A stretch of 33,951 nucleotides of DNA, from assembly GCA_038321515.1 (NCBI GenBank), contig JBBQFA010000002.1, positions 1-33,951 of the forward strand. Reading direction: 5' to 3'. This stretch comes from Thermoleophilia bacterium. Its GTDB lineage: Bacteria; Actinomycetota; Thermoleophilia; UBA2241. Below, piece by piece: positions 1 to 8,180 of the stretch (position 1 is the stretch's first letter; each line of letters starts with the position of its first letter). A program made the position numbers and the translations under genes. The notes beneath the pieces were generated by a model. It saw nothing but the letters and a program-made list of their open reading frames with translations, made no database searches and was not told the DNA's origin.

Positions 1-775
1 GCCGGTCCGGCCCGGGCAGCGGCGCCGGACCGGTGCCGACCGCCGCGCGCCAGATCCGGGCGCGTCGCCCGGCGGTCTCGGTCACGGCGCCGATGGGCGG
101 CGACAGCGCCCATACCTGGTCGACGCTAACGCGGGCCGGGCGCGTCCAGTCGATGACCTTGTCGGACGCGCCGATCTTGGCCGCGAAGGTCGGGTCTCCG
201 GTCTGCGGCCGCCAGTCGACGGTCCCCGCGGCGATTCTCTCCAGGGTCGCTGCGACGCCCTCCACAGCCGCGGGCGCGAGAAGCTCGTAGGCGCGGCCGG
301 CGTCGGCGTCACGCGGTACCTGCACAAGGCGCGCGTCGCCGACCGGTCCCTCGTCGACGCCGGCGGTCATCAGGAGCGTACAGACACCCAGTTCCGTCTC
401 GCCGGCCATGAGCGCACGCTCGACCGGCGCCGAGCCCCTCCAGTGCGGCACCAGCGAAGGATGCACGACGATGGTGGTCACGGCGTCGAGGACGGTCTGC
501 TGCACGATCTGGCCATAGGCGCAGACGATGAAGACGCCGGGAGCCAAGGTCAGCAGGTCGCGCAGCGAGGCTGCCGTCGAAACGTCGGCCGGCTGCAGCA
601 CCGGGATGCCTGCCGCCGCCGCAAGGCGCTTGATCGGCGGCGCCTGCGGCGTTCCGTGGCGCCCTTTCGGGCGGTCCGGATTGGTCACGAGCGCCACGAT
701 CTCGACGCCCCGCTCGAGTAGACCCCCGAAGACGAGCTCGGCGAACGGCGCGGTACCCGCGAATGCGGCCCGCAT
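1..775 (-). CDS. fmt: Methionyl-tRNA formyltransferase, partial (C-terminus lies beyond the left window edge)
   Basis: Open minus-strand frame from ATG at 775-773 to the window edge. It is absent from the ORF track because it has no stop in the window. Hand translation: MRAAFAGTAPFAELVFGGLLERGVEIVALVTNPDRPKGR...TTIVVHPSLVPHWRGSAPVERALMAGE, which matches the Fmt N-terminal fold and the H-x-SLLP-x-x-RG motif. It starts 6 nt after the def stop, the classic def-fmt arrangement. Confidence 0.85.
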   Translation of the reverse strand, partial: MRAAFAGTAPFAELVFGGLLERGVEIVALVTNPDRPKGRHGTPQAPPIKRLAAAAGIPVLQPADVSTAASLRDLLTLAPGVFIVCAYGQIVQQTVLDAVTTIVVHPSLVPHWRGSAPVERALMAGETELGVCTLLMTAGVDEGPVGDARLVQVPRDADAGRAYELLAPAAVEGVAATLERIAAGTVDWRPQTGDPTFAAKIGASDKVIDWTRPARVSVDQVWALSPPIGAVTETAGRRARIWRAAVGTGPAPLPGPDR

Positions 776-780
776 GCGCT

Positions 781-1356
781 TCAGAAGCCGCCGCCGACCG
801 CGCCGAAGACTCCCGCGTCCTCGCGCTCGCGCAGAGCGCGCAGCGCGGCCGCGCGGGCGCTTCTGCTGGTACGGTCGACGATGAGGATGCCGTCCAGATG
901 GTCGTTCTCGTGCTGGATGACCCTGGCCTCGAGCCCTTCGGCGCGAAAGTCGACCTCTTCGCCTGAACCGTCGAATCCGCGTATGCGCAGGCTCACGGGA
1001 CGCTCGACCGGCATCGTCACGCCGGGCACGCTCAGGCAGCCTTCGTCGCTCTCCTCCAGCTCGTCCGAGAAATCGTCGAGCACCGGGTTCACGAGCACGC
1101 GTGGGTCGTCGTCGACGTCGTAGACGAGCAGGCGCTGAAGCACGCCCAACTGCGGCGCCGCCAGCCCGACGCCCGGAGCGTCGTGCATGATGCGGATCAT
1201 CCGCTTGGCGAGCTTGCGTAGGGCGCGGTCGAACTCGGTCACTTCCCGGGCATGCTCGCGCAGAACCGGGTCGCCGATCACGTGGATGTCACGGCGCGCC
1301 TCGCGCTGGCGCCGCGACAGATCCTCCAATTGTGCGGTGTCGTTCATGTCACTCAT
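781..1356 (-). CDS. def: Peptide deformylase
   Basis: 191-aa ORF with the three deformylase motifs: GVGLAAPQLG, EGCLSVPG and QHENDHLDG (HExxH). It lies upstream of fmt. Confidence 0.95.
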   Translation of the reverse strand: MSDMNDTAQLEDLSRRQREARRDIHVIGDPVLREHAREVTEFDRALRKLAKRMIRIMHDAPGVGLAAPQLGVLQRLLVYDVDDDPRVLVNPVLDDFSDELEESDEGCLSVPGVTMPVERPVSLRIRGFDGSGEEVDFRAEGLEARVIQHENDHLDGILIVDRTSRSARAAALRALREREDAGVFGAVGGGF

Positions 1357-1381
1357 GCCTTAATCGTACCTCATGCCGCGT

Positions 1382-3802
1382 TCACAGCCACTGAGGGTCG
1401 ACATCGGGGACGACTCTGACCCCTCGGGCGGCGTAGCGGTCGCGGTTCGCCGCCAGCCACAGGCGCAGTCCATCAAGGGTTTTCCCTGTTTCGGCAGTCT
1501 TTACCACCACTCGGCACGCGTGCCTGCCGCGCTCCCTCCAGAGAGGGCCGGGGCCGAGCACCTGCGCCGCGCCTGCGAGGCGGGCCGCCAAGCGCTCGGC
1601 GGTGAAGCGGCCGGCGACGGCCACCTTGTCCTCCGACGTGCCCGAGAGTTCAAGAGCGATGAGGGTACCGGCGGGCGGATAGCCGAGCTCCCGCCGGCGC
1701 TCCAGCTCTTCGGCGTAGAAGGCTTCGCCGTCGCCGCCGGCCGCCGCCGCGATGGGCCGCGCCTCCGGGCTCAGCGTCTGAACGATGACCCGCCCTGGCC
1801 GCTCACCGCGACCGCTGCGCCCGCCGACTTGCACGAGCATCGAGAACGTGCGCTCCTCGGCGCGAAAGTCGGGAAAGTGCAGGGTGAGGTCCGCGTTGAC
1901 CACGCCGACGAGCGTCACGTCCGGGAAGTGATGGCCCTTGGCGATCATCTGCGTGCCGACCAGCACCTTCGCCCCCGGAGCCGCGAACTGGGCGAGCACG
2001 TCGCGAAGGCGCGCGTATGACCCGGCCACGTCGGAGTCGAGACGCAGCAGCTCGACACCGGGAAGCAGCAGCCGGACCTCGCGCTCCAGGCGCTCCGTCC
2101 CAAAGCCGAAGCGGACGAGGTCGGAGCTGCCGCAGGCCGGGCAGAGCGAGGGAGCGGATTCGCTGTGGCCGCAGGTGCGGCAGCGCAATCCGCGGCCTCC
2201 GAAAAGCGTGAGCGTGACGTCGCAGCGCGGGCACTCCCACGTGTGGCTACAGTGGTCACAAACGAGGTATGACGCGAAACCTCGGCGGTTGAGAAAGAGG
2301 ATCGCCTTGTCGCCGGCATCGATGGCCGCGGAGAGCGCTTCCGCCAGCGGCAGAGAGAAGACCCCGTGATGGTCGCGCATGTCGACGAGCTCGAGCGAAG
2401 GTGGCAGCGACCCGTCGACGCGCTGCCGCAGGTCGGCATGCAGCGGCACGCGGGCGAAGCTCTCGACGCTCGGGGTCGCCGAGCCCAGTACGACGACGGC
2501 GCCGCTCGCCGCCGCTCGCCAGCGTGCGACCGTGCGCGCGTCGTAGGCGGGTTCGCTCTCCTGCTTGTACGAGGTGTCGTGCTCCTCGTCGACCACGATG
2601 AGCCCAAGGTCCACAAGTGGCGCGAACACCGCCGAGCGCGCGCCGACGACGATGCGTACCTCGCCGCGCGCCACGGCGCCGTACGCGATGAGTCTCTCCC
2701 CCGCCGACAGCCCGGAGTGCAGCACCGCGACACGCGCCCCGGCGAAGCGCCGCTGCACACGGGCCACGGTCTGCCCGGTCAGACCGATCTCGGGGACCAG
2801 GAACAGCACCGAGCCGCCTGCGTCGAGGGTCGCCTGGGCGGCCTGCAGGTAGACCTCCGTCTTGCCACTCCCGGTGACGCCGTGCAGCAGGACCTCGTCC
2901 CCGGCGCGCGCCTCGCACAGCACCGCGTGCAGCGCGCGTCGCTGCTCGTCCAGAAGGTCCGGGATGTCCGCGAGCACGGCGCAGCCGCGCAGCCGGGCTG
3001 CCTGGGCGGCCGCCGGCTGCCCGACCCCGTCGCCGGCGTCCGCTTCATCCGCTGGTCGCCCTGGGACTTCAGCTCCCGGCGGGCGCGGCTGAACGCCAGC
3101 TATCTCGTCCGGACCTTCGACTAGCGCCCCACCTTCGATCAGTCCTCGCAGCCCCGCCGCCGAGAGCCCGCTGGCCGCGCGCAGCTCCCGCTCCTCGAGC
3201 ACACCGGCCTCCTCGACCAGCGCCAGCGCAGCGCGCTGCCGAGTCCCAAGGCGCACCGGCGAGTCCGCGCCGCGACGCAGCCGCCGCCCCGCCGGTGTCA
3301 CGCCGACCACGTGCACCCGGTACGACGTCCGCACCCAGCCTTTGCGCCGATAGCGCTCGGCCGGGCGTGCGAGCGGCCCGGCGGGGAGCTTGAGGCCGGC
3401 GACATCGGCGAGTCCGTCCGCGCCGGCCGCCAGGGCGGCGAGTCCGGCGTCCGTGAGCTCGTACTGACGCATGACCTTGAGCGCTCCGGTCGGCGGGCAG
3501 ACCAGGGCGAGCGCGGCGGCGAACGACGTCAGGTAGTACTCCTCGATCTTCCGCGCCAGATCGAGAAGAGACTCGGGGATCGCGGGCACGCCGAGCACGT
3601 CGCGGACCGGGAGGATGCGCCCGGTGTGAGCGGTCTCATCCCGGACCTCGACGACGACCCCGATCACGGTCTGGGAGGCCAAGGGGACGGCGACGAGGGC
3701 CCCCCGACGGAGGCGACCGTCGAGTTCTCGGGGAATCTCGTAGTCGAAGGCGCCGGCGAAGGCGCGGGTGCGGACGAGCGGGAAGACGGCGGCGTAGCTC
3801 AC
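1382..3802 (-). CDS. priA: Primosomal protein N' / replication restart helicase PriA
   Basis: 806-aa ORF with a GTG start. It has Walker A GVTGSGKTEVY, the DExH box VVDEEHD and the Cys-rich zinc region CDHCSHTWECPRCDVTLTLFGGRGLRCRTCGHSESAPSLCPACGS. Confidence 0.93.
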   Translation of the reverse strand: MSYAAVFPLVRTRAFAGAFDYEIPRELDGRLRRGALVAVPLASQTVIGVVVEVRDETAHTGRILPVRDVLGVPAIPESLLDLARKIEEYYLTSFAAALALVCPPTGALKVMRQYELTDAGLAALAAGADGLADVAGLKLPAGPLARPAERYRRKGWVRTSYRVHVVGVTPAGRRLRRGADSPVRLGTRQRAALALVEEAGVLEERELRAASGLSAAGLRGLIEGGALVEGPDEIAGVQPRPPGAEVPGRPADEADAGDGVGQPAAAQAARLRGCAVLADIPDLLDEQRRALHAVLCEARAGDEVLLHGVTGSGKTEVYLQAAQATLDAGGSVLFLVPEIGLTGQTVARVQRRFAGARVAVLHSGLSAGERLIAYGAVARGEVRIVVGARSAVFAPLVDLGLIVVDEEHDTSYKQESEPAYDARTVARWRAAASGAVVVLGSATPSVESFARVPLHADLRQRVDGSLPPSLELVDMRDHHGVFSLPLAEALSAAIDAGDKAILFLNRRGFASYLVCDHCSHTWECPRCDVTLTLFGGRGLRCRTCGHSESAPSLCPACGSSDLVRFGFGTERLEREVRLLLPGVELLRLDSDVAGSYARLRDVLAQFAAPGAKVLVGTQMIAKGHHFPDVTLVGVVNADLTLHFPDFRAEERTFSMLVQVGGRSGRGERPGRVIVQTLSPEARPIAAAAGGDGEAFYAEELERRRELGYPPAGTLIALELSGTSEDKVAVAGRFTAERLAARLAGAAQVLGPGPLWRERGRHACRVVVKTAETGKTLDGLRLWLAANRDRYAARGVRVVPDVDPQWL

Positions 3803-3823
3803 GCCGCGCCGCCGTCTTCCCGC
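3778..3823 (-). repeat. Perfect 17-bp inverted repeat (stem-loop) at the metK-priA junction, with the priA start codon in the loop
   Basis: 3778-3794 gcgggaagacggcggcg is the exact reverse complement of 3807-3823 cgccgccgtcttcccgc. The 12-nt loop (3795-3806) contains the priA GTG (3802-3800). A second small hairpin, GCCGCC-UGC-GGCGGC (3836-3822), lies directly after the metK stop. No U-tract follows. Confidence 0.6.
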
Positions 3824-3836
3824 CGCCGCAGGCGGC

Positions 3837-5051
3837 TCAGGCCTTGAGGCCGGCAGCCGCGCGCAGCGCCTCGGCCTTGTCGGTGCGCTCCCACGTGAAG
3901 TCGTGGTCGTTGCGACCGAAGTGACCGTAGGCGGCCGTCTTCTGGTAGATCGGACGGCGCAGGTCGAGGTCGCGGAGGATGGCCGCCGGGCGCAGGTCGA
4001 AGTGCTCGGCGATGAGCTTCTCGATGATGTGAATGTCGACCGTCTCCGTGCCCTCGCAGTCGACCATCACCGAGACGGGGTGCGCGACGCCGATCGCGTA
4101 GGCGACCTGTAGCTGGCAGCGCTCGGCGAGACCGGCGGCCACGACGTTCTTGGCGACGTAGCGGGCGGCGTAGGCGCCGGATCGGTCGACCTTGCTCGGG
4201 TCCTTGCCCGAGAAGGCGCCGCCGCCGTGCGGAGCGGCGCCGCCATACGTGTAGACGACGATCTTGCGCCCGGTGAGGCCGCAGTCGCCCATCGGTCCGC
4301 CGATGACGAACTTGCCCGTCGCGTTGATGACGGTGATCTCCGCGAGCTTGCTCGCGTCGTACATGTTCTTGGGCAGGATCGGCTCGACCACGTGCTCGAG
4401 AAGGTCCGGATAGATGATGCTCTGCAGATCGGCGCTCTCGGCATGCTGGGAGGCGAGGACGACCTTCACGATCTCGACCGGCTTGCCCGCCTCGTAGCGG
4501 ACCGTGACCTGCGACTTGCCGTCGGGGCGCAGGTACGGGAGGATCTCGGCCTTGCGCACCTCGGCGAGACGGCGCGAGAGCTTGTGCGCCAGCGCGATCG
4601 GCAGCGGCATCAGCTCGGGGGTCTCCGTGCAGGCGTAGCCGAACATCATGCCCTGATCACCTGCGCCCTGTGCGTCCAGCAAGTCGTCGTCGTTGACGTC
4701 GGTACGCACCTCGAGGGCGTTGGAGACGCCCTGGCCGATGTCCGGCGACTGCTCGTCGATGGCGACCATGACGCCACAGGTCTCGTAATCGTAGCCGAAG
4801 TGAGCGCTCGTGTAGCCGACATCCTTCACCGTCTGGCGCACGATCTTGGGGATATCGACGTAGCACTCCGTCGTGATCTCCCCCGCGACGAAGGCGAGGC
4901 CGGTCGTGACGAGCGTCTCGCAGGCCACACGGCCGTAAGGGTCGTCGGTGAGGATCGCGTCGAGGATCGAGTCGGAGATCTGGTCGGCGAGTTTGTCGGG
5001 ATGACCCTCGGTGACCGACTCCGAGGTGAACAGGTAATCTCTCTTCTCCAC
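3837..5051 (-). CDS. metK: S-adenosylmethionine synthase
   Basis: Motifs [25 protein letters not shown] and [16 protein letters not shown]. The ORF track begins at a TTG at 5210, but the conserved protein starts at [14 protein letters not shown] chose the in-frame GTG at 5051-5049, preceded by GGAGGACGGAATA (Shine-Dalgarno GGAGG). This gives 404 aa. Confidence 0.9.
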   Translation of the reverse strand: MEKRDYLFTSESVTEGHPDKLADQISDSILDAILTDDPYGRVACETLVTTGLAFVAGEITTECYVDIPKIVRQTVKDVGYTSAHFGYDYETCGVMVAIDEQSPDIGQGVSNALEVRTDVNDDDLLDAQGAGDQGMMFGYACTETPELMPLPIALAHKLSRRLAEVRKAEILPYLRPDGKSQVTVRYEAGKPVEIVKVVLASQHAESADLQSIIYPDLLEHVVEPILPKNMYDASKLAEITVINATGKFVIGGPMGDCGLTGRKIVVYTYGGAAPHGGGAFSGKDPSKVDRSGAYAARYVAKNVVAAGLAERCQLQVAYAIGVAHPVSVMVDCEGTETVDIHIIEKLIAEHFDLRPAAILRDLDLRRPIYQKTAAYGHFGRNDHDFTWERTDKAEALRAAAGLKA

Positions 5052-5180
5052 TATTCCGTCCTCCGGGGAGACACGCGACGCGGACGATGCCGGCGCGGGT
5101 TTGATGCGGCGTCTGGCGACCGCGGAGAGCCCGTGAGGCGCCCTCAGGGCGCGCCGACGGGCTGGCTCGCGGCCGGGGCG

Positions 5181-5210
5181 AGTGTAGCAGACCGCCGTGA
5201 CGGGCGGCAA
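5181..5210 (-). promoter_or_regulatory. Predicted metK promoter (TTGCCG, 18 nt, extended -10 TGCTACACT)
   Basis: Minus strand reads TTGCCG (5210-5205), an 18-nt spacer, then TGC-TACACT (5189-5181). It lies just after the gpsA stop and would yield a GC-rich 5' leader of about 120 nt before the metK GTG. Confidence 0.4.
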
Positions 5211-5225
5211 CGCGGCGCCGGCCGT

Positions 5226-6221
5226 TCAGCCGGTGTGCCGCTCCTTTTTGGGAGAGCGGCCCATGAGATCGGCGACGCTCTCCTGCGGCGTGCGATTGCC
5301 CTCGAGCACCTGGTAGACGTTCTCGGTGACCGGCATCTCGATGTCGAGCCGCCCGGCCAGGTCGTGGAGCGCGTACGCGGTCGGGATGCCCTCGACGACC
5401 TGCCCGACCTGCGCCTGGACCTCGGCCGGCGAGGCGCCCTTGGCCAGCAGCTCGCCGGCGAGCCGATTGCGACTGTGGCGCGAGGTGCAGGTGGCGATGA
5501 GATCGCCGATACCGGCGAGACCGGTGAAGGTAGCGATGTGCGCCCCCTGGATCATCCCGAGCCGCGTCATCTCGGCGATGCTGCGGGTGATGAGGCTGGC
5601 GCGCGAGTTGTCGCCGAATCCGAGGCCGTCCGACATGCCCACCGCCACGGCGATCGGGTTCTTTACGGCGCCGCAGAACTCCACGCCGATCACGTCGTCG
5701 TTCGTGTAGACACGAAAGGTGTCGCTGGTGATCGCCGCCTGAAGCACTACCGCAAGCGCCTCGTCGGAGGCGGCGATCACGGTGGCCGACGGCATGTCCT
5801 TGCTGACTTCTTCGGCGTGGTTGGGGCCGGAGAGCGCCGCGGCGCCGGCCCCGGTCTCCTCCTCGATCACCTGCGTCGGACGCTTCAGCGTACCGAGCTC
5901 GTAGCCCTTGGCGAGCGACAGCTGCAGCGCGCCAGTCGCGCGGCGCGGCGCGACCCAGCGCGCGACCTCCCGCACGGCCTGGGTCGGCACGGCGTACACG
6001 AGGAGCTCCGAGCCGGCGAGGTCGGCGTCACCTATGGCCGCGAAGCGGATCTCGGCCGGGAGCTTCACGCCGGGCAGAAAGTGCGGGTTCTCGTGCGTGG
6101 CCTCAAGCTCTGCGGCCTCCCCCTTGGTCAGCGCCAGGACCTGGACGTCGTGATCGCGGCGCACGAGCAGGCGCGCGAAGCCGCTGCCCCAGCTGCCGGA
6201 CCCGATCACGGTCACCCTCAT
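5226..6221 (-). CDS. gpsA: NAD(P)H-dependent glycerol-3-phosphate dehydrogenase
   Basis: 331 aa. N-terminal Rossmann MRVTVIGSGSWGSGFA, GAVKNPIAVAVG, and a typical GpsA C-terminal half. It follows plsY with a 1-nt gap. Confidence 0.93.
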   Translation of the reverse strand: MRVTVIGSGSWGSGFARLLVRRDHDVQVLALTKGEAAELEATHENPHFLPGVKLPAEIRFAAIGDADLAGSELLVYAVPTQAVREVARWVAPRRATGALQLSLAKGYELGTLKRPTQVIEEETGAGAAALSGPNHAEEVSKDMPSATVIAASDEALAVVLQAAITSDTFRVYTNDDVIGVEFCGAVKNPIAVAVGMSDGLGFGDNSRASLITRSIAEMTRLGMIQGAHIATFTGLAGIGDLIATCTSRHSRNRLAGELLAKGASPAEVQAQVGQVVEGIPTAYALHDLAGRLDIEMPVTENVYQVLEGNRTPQESVADLMGRSPKKERHTG

Positions 6222-6222
6222 C

Positions 6223-6870
6223 TCAGGTACCTCCTACCCCACCGTCTCCCGACGGCTGGCGTGGCGTCCACGGCATCGTCGCTCGGCTCTCTTCACCGGC
6301 GAGCAGCCGGCGGATGTTGCCGCGGTGCGCCCACCACACGAGTAATGCGACGAGGACGCCGGCGATCTTGTAGGGCAGCGGCTCGTGGAAGGCGGCGGTG
6401 AGTACCGGGACCATGACCGCCGCGACCAGCGACGCCAGACTGACGTACCGCGTCGTGACGATGATCAGGATCCACGTCGCGAAGATGATGAAGAAGGCGA
6501 CCGGCACGAGCGCCAACACGACGCCGGCGCCGGTGGCGATGCCCTTGCCGCCCTTGCCCTTCAGGAAGATCGAATAGATGTGGCCGAGCACCGGCGACGC
6601 GGCGATGAAGATCGCGTACCAGGGGGTGAACACCGCCGCGGCGATCGCCGCGGGAAGGTACCCCTTGAGGATGTCGCAGACCATCACGGCAGCACCGGCC
6701 CTCTTGCCGAGCACGCGAAAGACGTTCGTCGTGCCCACGTTGCCGGAGCCGTGCTGGCGCACGTCGACGCCGTAGAAGACCTTGCCGACGACGAGACCGA
6801 AGGGGATCGAGCCGACCACATAGGCGAGAAACATCAGCACCAGAAACCCGAGCACCTGGAGCGCGATCAA
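6223..6870 (-). CDS. plsY: Glycerol-3-phosphate acyltransferase PlsY
   Basis: 215 aa and multi-pass hydrophobic. It carries the PlsY signature GSGNVGTTNVFR and YVVGSIPFG. The TTG start overlaps the der stop (TTGA at 6867-6870). Confidence 0.9.
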   Translation of the reverse strand: MIALQVLGFLVLMFLAYVVGSIPFGLVVGKVFYGVDVRQHGSGNVGTTNVFRVLGKRAGAAVMVCDILKGYLPAAIAAAVFTPWYAIFIAASPVLGHIYSIFLKGKGGKGIATGAGVVLALVPVAFFIIFATWILIIVTTRYVSLASLVAAVMVPVLTAAFHEPLPYKIAGVLVALLVWWAHRGNIRRLLAGEESRATMPWTPRQPSGDGGVGGT

Positions 6871-8180
6871 CGCTTGCCCTTGAAGTCGATCACCAGGGGG
6901 ACGCCCTCAAGACTGTAGCGCGCGCGCAGGCGGTTCTCGACATAGAACCCGAAGTCCCGAGTGACCAGCGTGCGGTCGTTGACCTCGATGGCGAAGCGCG
7001 GCGGCGACGTGCCGAACTGAGCGATGTAGTACATCTTCAGGCGCTTGCCGCGCTTCATCGGCAAGGGACGGTCACCGGCGAGGTCGGCGAGAGCACGGTT
7101 GAGCTCGCCGGTCGAGATGTGCGCCGCGTAGCGCGCGTCAAGATCGGCGACCAGCGCAAGCAGGTCCAGGACGCCGCGGTGGGACGTCGCCGACACGGCA
7201 AGCACCGGCGGCCTCTGACGGAGCTTGCGGCTGGCGATGCCGCCGATCTCGTCAAGGTCCGGCTCGGCGAGATCGCTCTTGCTGACGGCGATGACCGTGG
7301 CGCAGTGGTGGTGCGCCGCCTCGGTGCAGATCGAGAGGTCGCGCTCGCCGAATCGCCGTGTGGAATCGGCGACCACGATCGCCACGTGAGCGCGGTCGAG
7401 GCTCTGCACGCTGCGCAGATAGGAGTAGTACTCGACGCCGCTCACCTTGGCGGCCTTGCGCATACCGGCCGTGTCGATGAAGCGGAAGTGGCCGCGCGGC
7501 GTCTCGACGAGCGTGTCGATGGAGTCGCGCGTCGTGCCCGCGATCTCGCTGACGATGGTTCGCGTCTCGCCGGCGATGGCATTGAAGAGCGACGACTTGC
7601 CGGCGTTCGGGCGGCCGACGATGGCGACGGGCGTCTCCTGCGGCAGCGCGATCTCCGGGTCGCCGGGCTCCGGGCGCTCGGCGCCGCTCACCTCCACCAG
7701 CCGGTCGAGCAGCTCGCCGGTGCCGAGGCCGTGGACCGACGAGACGAGCAGCGGCTCGCCGAGGCCCAGACTGTATATCTCCGGCGCGGCAGTCGCGGTC
7801 GCCGGATCGTCGATCTTGTTGGCGACCAGGACGACCGGCACGCGCGCGCGGCGAAGGACGTCGGCGATGCCGTAGTCGTCCGCGAGCGGGCCGGTGCGAC
7901 CGTCGAGGACGAACAGTACGGCGTCGGCCGTGGAGATGGCCCGCTCGACCTGCGCGCGGATGTGCCCCGCGAAGGGCGCGTCCTCCGTGGTGTCGTAGCC
8001 GCCAGTGTCGACCAGCAGCATCCGCCGCCCGGTCCACTCGACCTCGACTTCCTTGCGGTCGCGGGTAACGCCCGGCGTCTCGTGCACGACAGCCGTTCGC
8101 GTCCCGCTGAGGCGGTTCACGAGAGTGGACTTGCCGGCGTTGGGCGAGCCGACGACGACGACGAGAGGGAGTGCGCTCAT
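6867..8180 (-). CDS. der: Ribosome-biogenesis GTPase Der (EngA)
   Basis: 437 aa with two tandem GTPase domains (GSPNAGKSTL...DTGG and GRPNAGKSSL...DTAG) plus a KH-like C-terminal domain. ATGA overlap with the upstream gene at 8177-8180. Confidence 0.95.
   Translation of the reverse strand: MSALPLVVVVGSPNAGKSTLVNRLSGTRTAVVHETPGVTRDRKEVEVEWTGRRMLLVDTGGYDTTEDAPFAGHIRAQVERAISTADAVLFVLDGRTGPLADDYGIADVLRRARVPVVLVANKIDDPATATAAPEIYSLGLGEPLLVSSVHGLGTGELLDRLVEVSGAERPEPGDPEIALPQETPVAIVGRPNAGKSSLFNAIAGETRTIVSEIAGTTRDSIDTLVETPRGHFRFIDTAGMRKAAKVSGVEYYSYLRSVQSLDRAHVAIVVADSTRRFGERDLSICTEAAHHHCATVIAVSKSDLAEPDLDEIGGIASRKLRQRPPVLAVSATSHRGVLDLLALVADLDARYAAHISTGELNRALADLAGDRPLPMKRGKRLKMYYIAQFGTSPPRFAIEVNDRTLVTRDFGFYVENRLRARYSLEGVPLVIDFKGKR

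Noticed and set aside
5052-5225. A recognisable SAM-I or SAM-IV riboswitch upstream of metK.
   Set aside because: I compared the leader by eye with the SAM-I and SAM-IV core strings I remember. The GGCAACC/GGUGCC P3 pair, the GAGGGA kink-turn context and a four-way junction are missing. It is kept only as an unclassified structured leader, listed in findings.
4227-6401. A 724-aa plus-strand ORF. Similar long plus-strand ORFs occur at 12855-14084, 23095-24645, 27914-29242, 30166-31461, 7119-8402 and 20368-21630.
   Set aside because: Each lies antisense to a minus-strand gene with unmistakable conserved motifs (metK/gpsA, aroF, ruvB, EF-G, dinB, der, tgt). Their translations are Arg/Ala/Gly/Asp-rich low-complexity strings with no recognisable domain. 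Long stop-free shadow frames are expected at this GC content.
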